Positions 26,014-37,748 of a stretch of 64,000 bases of DNA are shown here, one piece after another. The notes below the pieces were generated by a model. That model had not been told where the DNA came from. It made no database searches and saw only the letters and a list, made by a program, of their open reading frames with translations. Each line of letters starts with the position of its first letter. Position 1 is the first letter of the stretch. Source of the stretch: Paraspadella gotoi (lineage: Eukaryota; Animalia; Chaetognatha); NCBI GenBank assembly GCA_051294375.1, contig CM119265.1, positions 23,776,669 to 23,840,668 of the forward strand. Direction: 5' to 3'. Made by a program: the position numbers and the translations under genes.

Positions 26014-28562
26014 AAGTATTTTCCCAATAAGATCAAATAAAAGATCCGGGTACAGATGTTACTGTTTGTATTAAACTTTATTGGAAAATTTGGAGAGGTA
26101 GCATAGGCGAGAAAAATTTTGGAAAGGATTTAATAGATTATGTATTGTATATTGTATATACATTTTAAATCCGAACTCCTAATCAATCTTCTTAACCTTG
26201 ACGATAAAACCTAAGATCATGAATAATGATAAATCTAACTTTTTGAATTACATAAATAACGAATGGCTTTTCTTGAATCTTAAGCGATTGTGTGGAAGAT
26301 GAAGCTCCACGTACGATCGTACTCTTTTAGACAATGATTACTAAACTTTAATAATTACCATCTTTTTTGATCTTATTAAATAGAAATGAGCTTTTTTAAT
26401 TTAAAAAACGGTTTGCTATGGTTATCTCATTATTATTAAATATATCATTATAATAGTATAATAATATATATATAATAATATATATTGGTTGTACCAATTT
26501 CATATAAGAGTGATAGAGGCCTTTAATCACCAAAGTCTGTCCAAAGTTAGGGGCATGATAGCTTATTTATCAAATACATAATTTTTATATTTATTGTGCA
26601 AATTTTATAAAATTAAGCTCCTTGTATTTTAATGCTATGCAAGATAGTATTCCCTGATCAAATACTTAAAGGAAAGGTCTTTTCATATAATTAAAATATT
26701 TATTAAAATATACCACTATATTAATAGGGAAGCTAAATAATCTGGGAATAAATAAACGAAACTGTGAGAGTTGATTGAAAGCTTGTATGCACCTATTATA
26801 TCATTCTTTAAGGGTGATAGAGCCTTAAACTATCAAAGCTTGTAAAATAGTGGTAAAATAACTTATTTATTATTACAAATAATTTTTATACAAATTTTAT
26901 AATACTATTCGTTTAAATTGATGCCAGGCTTTAAATGTTTCTGACAAAACTGTGACCATAGTGGGAGAGAGAGAGCGCGATTAATGAGGATAAGTGTTTG
27001 TCATAACATACCCCAGGGGTATAGGTATTTGTAATAACGTACCCAAGTCGGCAGGGCATTAGCATTTGTCTTAGCGTACCCCGAGTTAATAGTAACTGAA
27101 CAATGCGTGAAAGAACTTAGGAGTATGTTTGGATACCAAAACCTATCTATAATTTTTAATAATCATAATAATCAAAAACTTTGATTTTCTCTTAATAATC
27201 ATAAAAAACCTTAAATCTTAAATATTTATATAATAGAAAATACTATTCTTCAAAAACTTTAATTATTTACATATTAATTTTTTTCTACTTTTTTTGTTTA
27301 TTTTTTTTCCCTCTATTTTATTATTTTTTAGTTTGCTCAGACTAAGTTAGTCTATGCTTGTTGATGATTAAAATTGATTATACTGAATCAACCTTGTTGA
27401 AATCGCACATAATACTAGAAAAAGTTTTATTTTTCCTGAATGAGAGGATCGTAAGTAAAGGCTGAAATTATCAAGATTAAACTATAGATAAAATGGGATG
27501 TAAATTCCTCCCTTTTTTGTGGAACTCCTACATTCATAAAAAAATTAAAAAGCCAAGAAACTAAGTAAAATCATCTCTCTGGCTTAAAAAAAGGCTTTTT
27601 TGCCTCCCAAGTCCCAAATAAGGTCACTCCAAGATTTTTACTTTTTTTAACGGCATCCCGTCGGAATCTCTCTGGAGAAATCGGAGCCAAGTCCTCTCCG
27701 TCTCCGTCTAATTCTCTCTCTCTCTCCGATCTTTTGACTTTTGAGGATATTCAACGGAAAAGTGTTCTCTTTCCCGGCAGCGATTTATAATGTGATATGG
27801 ACCTTTTAGCTTTGATAATGTTAATCCACGTTGCCTTTTATCGTCGTCGCTTGAACCTAAATTTCAAGATATAACTCGATCATTGTGTTGGCCAGGATTT
27901 TCACTATCACCGGTTTAAAATCGATATTGCCGTCGAAACTCAGCAGAAATAATTGGAACCAGAAAATGCCTTCCCTCCTGCCCTGAGCAAACAAACGAAG
28001 CTCTTTCTGGCATTAGCTTTGCGGTGGCCGGCAGGCCGGATGAGCGGCTGATCGCCAGACGCTTTGTCTGGAAATAAAACCAAAAAAAACGTCTGGCGAG
28101 GGGAGCAAATAGTAAATTGGAGAATGTCGATACGTAGTATTTAGCTAAGTTGCTAACGAAAATTAGTAGATGGAAAAAAATAAATTTCCCGATAAGTAAT
28201 TATATATTAATCAATCATTAAAAAAACCAAGAAGGCACGTTTCTTCAAAATTGTACAATAGAGTTTACCCACAAAATCAAATAAATCGAATCAAGCTACC
28301 TAGAATTAAAAAAAATAATAACTGGCGACAATTATATATATATTATATAAACATCTTGGAATAAATAAGCTGTTTTGTATCGATAACGAGTAACAATAGG
28401 TAAAACAGAGGTGACCGCAGAAATTGAGTATCATGCTGAGAAGTGAAATATGAGTAAGTATAATTTAGGGACCTATTAAAAAACAATTAACGAACCAACC
28501 GCGAAGAAAACTGAAACTTTGTGTCTGAATAAGATTTCGTAAGGCGCTTCTCTTTTATTTTT

Positions 28563-31500
28563 TTACCGATGATCGCTACCAGAGGCGCGAGGCCGTTTTT
28601 CACTTGACTTGTTGTTCAAGAAATGATGAGGTTCGATGCCGTAGGGTCTTAAATGATAAACGAGATACTCCATCACGTACATCATGTTAGGCGAAATGTA
28701 GTGAAAAGAAATGGCGTAGTCGCTACAACAGTCCGATCCCTCTTTCGAAGGATAGAAGATGTAGGACCAGTACCACGACGAGCGCGGAATGTGGCCGGGG
28801 ATGAGGTGGTGTTCGGGAACGAAGGGCATGAAGGTCTCTCGCCCAAGACGGTCTCTAGAGTCACCTGCGGCCACGCCCATTTTTTCGAGGCAATGCCCGA
28901 CTTCAACATCCTCGGAGCCACCGTTGTCACGTCGGCAATTCCCGGCTTCGACGCCGGTCACGAATCGGCGCACGGCGGCCCGTGTGAGCACGTAGCCGGC
29001 ACCGCCCGACATGTAGCCCTGACGGACGTAGGGTTTGAAGCGGCGCCCGAAGTAGACTAGTTCGGAAGCGGAGGTGTTGGAAAGGAGGAGGCGTAGGTTC
29101 TCCATGATCACGAAAGTATCGTCGTCGGCTTTGAAGAAAAAGTCGTAGTCGTCCAGATAATGGTCGTGAACGAACTGCGAGCAACATTATAAAGTATCAT
29201 GGTAATGGGGAGACACGTGTGATGCCCTGCCCTGCATCTCCCGACATCTGGCGCTCAGGGCTTTGGACCTGCAGTGACCACTGACCACCCCATGTCACCA
29301 GCTTGACCGTGAGGGTATTGAACCCGGAACTAACGGTTGGTGAACAAGTGCTAAGCTGTGCAAGTCAATGGAACGAGCTGAGTTTCACCAAGCTATACGG
29401 GAGGCGAATTTAGGATTCGCCACAATATGTCAATTTTTAACGATAAATAAAATATAAGTTATAATAAGCTCAAAATGAAAATTAATAACAACCACAAAAA
29501 GCGGGCGTAGAAACGGAAAACGAATTGAAGTTTACTGATTATAATCTACATTTAAAAACGTTAAAAATATTATATAATATAAAAACCCGTTTGATAAACA
29601 AAATTAAGACCTTGAAAGCTGCTTTGGTTTTGGCCCAGAGGTTGTTCCTTCCTTCGGCGACTCCATCCAATGCGACCGCGCCCAATGTTTTGTCGGCTTT
29701 GGTCGACATAAAAATGAGTTTGTTGCAGCGTTTACCCCAAGTCGCCTTTACATGCCTAAAAAAAGATTCAAAATAACTTAGGTTATGTTTTGATGATTTT
29801 ATTATAAAATGTGGTACCCCTTTTTTGTGACCAGAACACGTTCTGAGAAAACTACTGGACCAAATTTATTTAAATTTGGAATGCCTATGTGAATACAAAT
29901 AGAAATATCGAGGCGAATTTCAATAATTGACCCCTGAGCCGAGATATGGGCCCTCTGGGAGGTCACCCATTGGGGCAAAACATTTTTTACAAATTTTTCA
30001 AATATTTTTGTTTTGAACAGTTGCACAAACGTTTACTCTTCCACAAAAACCTATTTATTACCTCAAAAACGTTAGTTAACCTTAATTTTTATCTTCATGA
30101 ACATCAGCTGTTCAAGTCAGATTTGGAATAATTTTGGAAAATTGGAAGTAAAACGATGAACCATGCATCTTCAAACAATGCTTAATTATTGAAAATTTAT
30201 CAATTTTAGTTCTAAAATTTTTTTTTACATGTTTAAGACGTCAATGTACCTGATGCTACTAAAAAATATTAAAATATAAAAAAAAAATTTTTAGCCTTTT
30301 TTGGTATCTCTTGTCAGGGGTTGAATATCAAAATTCGCCTCGATAGTTCCATTTATATCGTCATTAGGACTGTATATACAGTAAACACATTTAAATCCTA
30401 TTCTTTTTAAGATAGAAATCTCAGGAAAACGGCATTCTTTTTCTTTTTTCCCGTTCTATCTGAATATATGACTTTTGTTAGACTTTTTAAAATTCTTGGC
30501 CCTTCCCAGGAGCGCCAAAGTGCCACGAGCATCAAAATTCACATATATTCGTAGATTTCTTGAACAATATCTATATAAATTTAATTTTTTAATATAATTA
30601 GTTCATTCCTGACTAGAATATTGCATTGCAAGTTAGTTAATATACTAAAAAGTTTTAGGTGCTTATTATGTTGAAAAACTATTTTTAAAACCGGAAGTTA
30701 TCAAAAAAGCAAAAAATTAGTTCTAAAGCTACGAACTACTTTTATAAATTTGTTAGATATGTTACATGTTCTTTTTTATCATTTATTTCAAAAGTTTAAT
30801 TTAAATATTTTATTTAGTTATTAGATATTGTTTAATTATGCAGACGCGCAAGCTTTTTTTACTTTAACTTTGATGTTTAAAATGGCTGATGAACTTTCAT
30901 TGTATTTTTATGTCAGATACCCAATCAATAATATCAATATATATTGTTATAATAGAGAAATATGGTGTAAAGACATTATAAAAAAACATTAAATGTAATC
31001 GTTGTTCATCTTCATTTCAAACTCAATTTAAAAACAAAAAAAAATAAAAAAGGAATAAAGAAAAAGTCAATCTCTTGAACCTTTGAACCTTCCCTAAATC
31101 ATGGTGGTGGATGATCCCAACCACCACGGCCGCACAATGACTCCCCGTCTCCGCTCGCTGAGACAGAGGGAGACCTCTGGAAAGGCAATAAGCAACCAAT
31201 GCCCTCTCATCACCTGTCGCAACTATGACTCTCCTCAGAGAAGTTGTCAACCCAAATGACATCTTCAGATGAATAAAGGGGAAAGCTCAAGTCCTCATTT
31301 AAAATCAGCACGGACAATAAACACAATTTTTCTTAACTAGCTTTAAAGCTACAAATCATAGGTGACCACCATTCGATTCATTTTTTATTGCTCTATCTAT
31401 ATATGTCACTTTTGATTCTGATTCCTGATTTCTGGAACGGGCAGCTTTTTTTATCTCAAGATGTATATTACTATCAGGAATACTGAGATTGAGAGAGAGT

Positions 31501-33921
31501 GAATAGGAAATGAAGGAAAAAGAATGTTTTAGGTTCAGTTAATTGTTTTTTTAAATAGAACTATTTATTAAAATATAAATGTAGAAAATATTAACTGTGA
31601 AAAAATTATAAAAACTGTAAATAGTAACTAACATTAACTAAATCAATTTCATTTAATACAAAAAATTTTTGTATTAAAAAATAAAAGGATAGATAAGAAT
31701 AGATAAGAGATAGAAGGGAAATAATAAGACATAAAATTAATAAAGAGAGCTCAACATAAAGATAGCACCCCCTACGTGGACAAATAAAAGTAGTACCGAT
31801 AAGATTGGGTCATGAGAGGGTCAAGTCAACCTCAGTTTCCTTTACCGACTAAACTGTTATATGTGGGTCACTGGGTCAGGTAATGTTCCGTGAGGAAACA
31901 GATTAGTGCGACTCAATTTGACTTTAAATACCTGCCAGTTGCCCTCTTTTCAGGTAAGGTAGCCAGGGCCTGTCCGTGCTGATTTTTAAAATTTGGTTGC
32001 TACAGGTGATTAGAGGGCATTGGTTGCTTATTGCTTTTCCAGAGGTCTGCCTCGGCGAGTAGAGACGGGGGAGTCATTGTGCGACCGTGGTGGTCGGATC
32101 ATCTCCACCACACAATTTAGAGAAGGTTCAAGGGTTCAAGAGATTCACTCTTTATTCACTCTTTTTTTTCGTTGTTTGTCTTTGCATATTTTTTTTTTTT
32201 CGTGGTTTTAAATTGAGTTTGAAATAAAGATAGTCTTTTACAACAACGATTACATTTAATTTTTTTCTTGTAATGTCTTTACACCATATTTCTTTAATTA
32301 TAACAATATATATTTGGATTATTGATTTGGGTTATCTGACATTAAAATACAAATGAAAGTTCATCAGCCATTTTAAACGTCAAAGTTAAGGTAAAAAAGG
32401 CTTTGCGTCTGCATAATTAAACAATATCTAATAATTAATATAAAATATTTAAATTATATTTTAAATAAATAATAAAAAAAAACATATAACATATCTAGAA
32501 AATTTATAAAATTAGTTTGTATCTTTAGAACTAATTTTTTTGCTGTTTTTTGTAACTTCCGGTTTGTAAAAATAGTTTTCAAACATAATAAGCACCTAAA
32601 ACTATTTTTTTAATATATTAACTAACTTGCAATGCAATATTCTAGTCAGGAATGAACTAATTATATTAAAAAATTAAAATTTAAATAGAACTTGTTCAAA
32701 AAATCTACGATTATATGTGAATTTTGACGCTCGTGGCACTTTGGCGCTCCTGGGAAGGGCCAAGAATTTTAAAAAGTCTAACAAAAGTCATATATTCAGA
32801 TAGAACGGAAAAAAAGGAAAAGAATGCCGTTTTCCTGAGATTTCTATCTTAAAAAGAATCGGATTTAAATGTGTCTAATTATACAGTATATATATATATA
32901 TGTATATATATATACTGTATATACAGTGTATATGTAAAATTTCATAAAATTAGCTCGAGTACTTTGGTGGGAATAGATTCTGGACCCAAAAAAGGGGTAC
33001 CACATTTTATAATATGAAGCCTTCTGTACTCATTGATGGAAAAAAATTACAACTTTTTTTAATTGCTTACAAACGGAAATAAGTAACACATTTAAAATAA
33101 AGTTTATTTATGACTCTAAAAAAAAAACCTTATGGTTCTGCAACTCAGAATTTAAAATGATGGTAGCTTTTAACCTCGAAAATGTCATGAGAATTAATAA
33201 AATTAACCTTGTTTTATTCATTCCTTTCTGTTAATGCATCGTTACAAACAGGTACGTAAAACTAAAAAAAATTTGCTTTCGACTATATTTCAATTCGGCA
33301 TGACATTTTAATGAAGAACGTTTGTTTACCGAGCCTTAGAATCATGGTTCTGCGGTCCGGTCATGATCCAACAGAGAACGCGGACTTTTTGAAAGAGACG
33401 CACCGCCTCGACGTCCTCCTTGTAATGCGCCCCATGATGTTGGCTGCTGAAGTCGATGGGCTCGTCCGGACCGGCGACACCCTCCAAATCGGTGTGGGAG
33501 TGAGGGTCGTGTTCCGGGCGGGCGAATAAATTAGCAGCGCCCAGAAGCCTTCGGGCTCTGAAAAGAGTAGAAACAAAAGTAGTTATTAATATTATATTAA
33601 TAATACTAATCTTTTCGAAGATGAGGCGATACATGATGAACTTTTCCTAAAGATTTACGATAAAAATAGAATGATAAAACGGTCAAACTTGCATATAGGG
33701 TATTAGAAAAGATCGGATAAGATGACAAATAGGCAACTATATAGTATATAATTATTGTCAATGTAGTCTCAAATTGCAAAACAGCAAGCCACAAACCTGA
33801 GTCCATATCCGAAAAGCATGGGTCCGCTTAGTACAGTATAGCCGACAATCGTAACTAATATTAATCCGACCAAAATCAAGACAATTAGCCGGAAATTTCG
33901 CCAGTGAGCAATCATTTTCAT
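28563..33921 (-). CDS. C1GALT1: Core 1 beta-1,3-galactosyltransferase (T-synthase, GT31); 4 coding exons (33921-33797, 33557-33330, 29755-29611, 29174-28563)
   Basis: Type II anchor ([20 protein letters not shown]), [49 protein letters not shown] (DxD), [31 protein letters not shown]. Confidence 0.95.
29199..29424 (-). mobile_element. tRNA-headed SINE-like repeat, family 1, in a C1GALT1 intron
   Basis: On - strand: ggcgaatcctaaattcgcc hairpin, cccgtatagcttggtgaa, B-box-like gggttcaatacc; colinear with 10524-10767. Confidence 0.68.
29800..33014. mobile_element. Composite element: outer MITE (~29800-30375 plus ~32930-33014) interrupted by a ~2.55-kb foldback element
   Basis: Outer TIR attataaaatgtggtaccccttttttg / caaaaaaggggtaccacattttataat, plus inverted match 29905-29938 vs 30315-30346. 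Inner arms ~30380-31318 and ~31970-32875 are reverse complements around a ~650-bp spacer. Confidence 0.85.
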
Positions 33922-34232
33922 AGCGTAGATTATTCAGTATTTGATATCACAGGTAAATATATCCACATTGTTTACGTCTGGATACTGTATCACAGAAAAC
34001 GAAGAAAAGTTATCACTTCATGGTAATAAGCTTTAGAAGTTATAAGCTTTAGAAGTAAATCTGAAAAATAATAAAAACCAAAATACACAATTACCATTTA
34101 TCGGTTATGGGTAAAATTAGTATCTTACAAATAAATCACAATCAATATTGACAAATTCCGAAATATTTATGGCATGCAAATCGAAGAAGATCTCTTGCTT
34201 TCGGCCCTCGCGTCATAAAATTCCTGAGGAAT

Positions 34233-34520
34233 GAAACAAGATTGAGCAAACCATGCCTGATTTGCCTGATCAATCGATCATTAGCGGTAATTAATTTATT
34301 TAAATAATTAATTATTAATTAATCAGATCCTGCATAGTTTGCTCAAACTAGTTTTTTTTTAGGTCTTTTCGTCACTGACCACGACAAAGGCAAAAGACGA
34401 CGATGATACTACGACGACGATAACACCGACGATTAATAGATTGATTGATGAATTAATTGATAGTTTAATTGACTGATTAATAAATTGTTTAATTAAATGA
34501 TTAATTAAATGATTAATTAT
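34233..34520 (-). mobile_element. HINE 3' fragment with a local inverted duplication
   Basis: aacaagattgagcaaac ... gatcattagcggtaatt ... gtttgctcaaactagtt; body matches 42353-42650. Confidence 0.7.
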
Positions 34521-35389
34521 TGAGTTTCAAAGAATTTTCAAAAGAAGCGTCGGGTAATACCAATTGCGGTGACTCAAAAACAGGAATTTGGAGAAAAATT
34601 CGAGACGTGTTTTTTGTGAGAGAAGAAATACGTATATTTCCAAAAACAGAGAAAAAGGCAAAAAACGCTAAAAATCACAACAACAACAACTACGTATTTA
34701 CATACTTTCGGGTAATGTGATCTCTTTTAGGTGAACAAGTATAATACATAGTCTTACCTTCCTACCAAATATGAACTTGAACTTGTACGAGAATTTAAAA
34801 CGAAAGAAGGGCATACCGACTGACAGAGATAGACATACCGACCGACCGGAAAGTGTTTCAGAGTCACCACACCAGATTCCAGTCACCAGAATAACACGAA
34901 AACGAAGTTAAATATTAATAAAATATTTTTCCATACCACTTATTTTACATAATACATACATAATCTCTCAAACTATCCTAAATTATACTTAACAAAACTG
35001 TTAATGACCGGTACACAACTAAAGCGACTAGTTGAGATGTAATTTTACTCTCGACGACCGTGGTCAAGGTTGGTTTTGGCTTAGGGGTAGTTAGGGTTAA
35101 GTTCATGGTTAGGGTAATAAAGTAATATTTTTTGGGGTAATTTTACTATTCGACGACCGCAAACAACCTAAGGTACCACCGGTCGGTGCTTTGTTAATCC
35201 ATTTAATTTTGTTTTCACTCTAGCGTCGAGTCTCAGTTTGCCCAATAATATACATTTTTTTTGTTCAGTAATACCAATTTTATAATTTTATAATAAATAA
35301 TAATTTAAAATTTATTTTAATTGCTATTTTTATATTAGAGGTAGAAAATGAATTGTTTGTTTACGTACAAGTTTTATTAAGAAACATAA

Positions 35390-35435
35390 ATTTTGGACAT
35401 GTTTCAGCTTTAATGTAAGCCTTCATCAGCGCAAC
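35390..35435 (-). ncRNA. Minimal hammerhead ribozyme (Penelope type), core intact
   Basis: On - strand ttgcg-CTGATGA-a-GGCTT-acatta-AAGCT-GAAA-catgTC-caaaa; stem I weak. Confidence 0.68.
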
Positions 35436-35539
35436 GAATTGATTTGTGAAACAAATATTTTCACAGACTCTTTTTCTCTCTCTCTCTCTCTCTTCAAACT
35501 TCAAAGTCTGTAAAATTATTTGTTTCACAAATCAATTCG

Positions 35540-35586
35540 TTTTTGCCTCGATAAAGGTTTACAATGCAGCCGAAACATGTTCGAAA
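35540..35586 (+). ncRNA. Degenerate hammerhead copy (core mutated)
   Basis: ctcgataa-a-GGTT-tacaatgc-AGCC-GAAA-catgtt: stem II and GAAACATGT kept, CUGAUGA disrupted. Confidence 0.45.
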
Positions 35587-35984
35587 TTTATGTTTCTTAA
35601 TAAAACTCGTACGTAAACAAGGAAAGGAAAGGAAAAATAATATTTTTATATTACATTTTTTAAACTGTTAGTTTAGTTTTTTTACCCCTGCCAGTGCCAT
35701 TTTTTGTTATTCTTGCGTAATATATAATAATAAAAAAATCGCTCGTAAGAAGCGAAAAAAAAACCGACCGCAAAATCCCGGTTGGCGAATAAGCCATTTT
35801 ATTTGAATTTAAAAAAAAAAAATTAGTATTTTATATGTTTTTTCAAAAAGACGCCAAAACCCCGGTAGGCGAAAGTTTAATTTTGCCCTTATTTATATTA
35901 CTTTGTTGAAATCATAAATTTAATCGCTCATAAACAATTTAAACATCATAGCTCATTAACAATCAGTTATTCCGGATGACGCAA

Positions 35985-35985
<1 letters not shown>

Positions 35986-36032
<47 letters not shown>
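35986..36032 (+). repeat. Poly(A) tract, ~47 nt
   Basis: Direct reading. Confidence 0.95.
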
Positions 36033-36034
<2 letters not shown>

Positions 36035-37748
36035 CCGAGGAAGAAAATGCAGAGATTTGAGTCAGTTCTATAAATAATGAAATCATTAATTGGATAATGT
36101 TACTCGGGTTTCGAAATTATCCCGATCTGTATTTCATTTCCGCTAAAGCCTAAAGAGGAAAACTTGGAGTTGCTTTTGTAAAGAAGAGACGACGAAAACT
36201 AAGATTATTATTACTATAATCTACGCGAACCAACGAGATTTTAAAACGCATTTAAAAGGTTTATCTTAAAGTTAGAATGAAATTTAGATCCAAAGATCAG
36301 AACGAAAAAAAAAAGACTGGGACAACTTTAAAATGTTTATGATTTTAGCAAACAAGATAAAGGAACTTCGATCCCGAATTTCAAGCGTGGCAAAAAGTTA
36401 AGGAACGAGGAGGGGGTTCTTTCATTTATAAAATATTTTTAAAAAAACGGCTCAATACATTTTAACTTTTTGAAAACCAAAATATTATTAAGTAATATCT
36501 ATTAAAGCGCTAATTATTTTTATTTTGAGATTAAACAAATCGCAGTTATTTTTAAAAACTTTATCTTATTTCGTTAACGAAGTAGGTTGTGATTTGTTGC
36601 AGGCAAATGTCTGGGATGCCATTTGATCGAAGACACGGGGGGATTTCTTGCGAAAACTCGCAGATACGAAAAACTCGCCGAAAGTCGCCGACCAAGCTTT
36701 TGTCGAATTAAGTATCACAACTCTTACGTCGCGAGTCTCGCCGGATGAGAAAGTCACTCGTCACAAAACTGTTCGCCCATTCAGGATACGAGTGACCAAA
36801 AAATAAATTTCCGGAAGATAGGGGTTAGCTGAAGATATTTTTAATCTTGCCTAAGCGGCAAGCCTATTTATTATTTTTGTTTTTCAGAATAATCAGAGAT
36901 AATTTTATCCCGTTGGGGCATATCAAAAGCTAATTTTTAGGTTGTATCCGGTCCGCCAGGTTTCATAACGACAGTCGATATAAAAATCAAAACTTCAGTC
37001 TGTCGCTGACATATTTTTTTAGTTTAGATACATCCTTGATAGCTTTCCCCCCTAAAAGTATTTCTAACTTGGCGAAGTAAAAATTGCCTCACAATAGTGT
37101 GTAAAGTTGAGTCATTTTAATTCGAAACGACTTGTGAAATTTAAGATATCAACCCTGACCTTTTCAATTGGAATATTTAAACATCGTATTAGTGTGTACA
37201 TGTTAGAGATACGAAATCAACACAAAGATAAAATATGTATAATTGTATATAAAATTATTCTTCAATGAAATAAAAAATCTTAAAAGAATAATAGTGCAAT
37301 AATAGTGCAAGACTAGTAAACCTAATTGGATATTAACAATAACAAATAACTAATTTTCGGATATATAGGAAAAGAAAGAAAAAAATAAATCAGGACAGAA
37401 AGAAAAAATCGGGAAAGAGAGAAAAAAGAAAGAAAGAAAGATAGTAAAAGAGAAAGAAAGAAAGAGGGAAAGAAAGAAAAAAAAGATTAAGCGAAAAAAA
37501 GAGAATGAATGAATGAAATTAGAGAAAGAACAAGAGAGTGAACAAAAGAGAACAAAAGTTGGACGGGCCTCCGGTATAATAACAATTAGTCTGACTCGAC
37601 TCAACTAACCAAACTACTAAACTCAGCTTTCATATAATCCATCATCCATGGATTAATTTTAAACGTTAAGTACTTGACCTTAATTACAATCTTAAAATTA
37701 AGAAATAAAATTAGGACCTACTAATGAGAATTAAGAGAATTGTGGACA

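Larger units (their letters stand above)
35357..35620. mobile_element. Inverted pair of Penelope-type pLTR-like units, each with a hammerhead motif
   Basis: Arms 35357-35469 and 35505-35620 are reverse complements around a (CT)n spacer; each reads hammerhead then AATAAAACTYGT outward. Confidence 0.75.

Noticed and set aside
27570-28100. Moderately GC-rich patch with short minus-strand frames and a tcgccagacg/cgtctggcga inverted repeat
   Set aside because: Stops in all frames and no consistent splice model or homology.
28653-29060. Antisense ORFs over GC-rich exons (also 24165-24434, 11621-11920, 15311-15574, 63795-63992)
   Set aside because: Shadows of the real genes on the opposite strand.
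30885-31270. Other CTGANGA motifs as hammerheads (30886, 31262 minus, 8860 minus, 7949, 40887)
   Set aside because: No stem II closed directly by GAAA plus a cleavage triplet.
35976-36810. Possible small exons upstream of the SNARE gene (36349-36397, 36603-36808)
   Set aside because: Splice-like sites exist but I could not build a phase-consistent, recognisable product.
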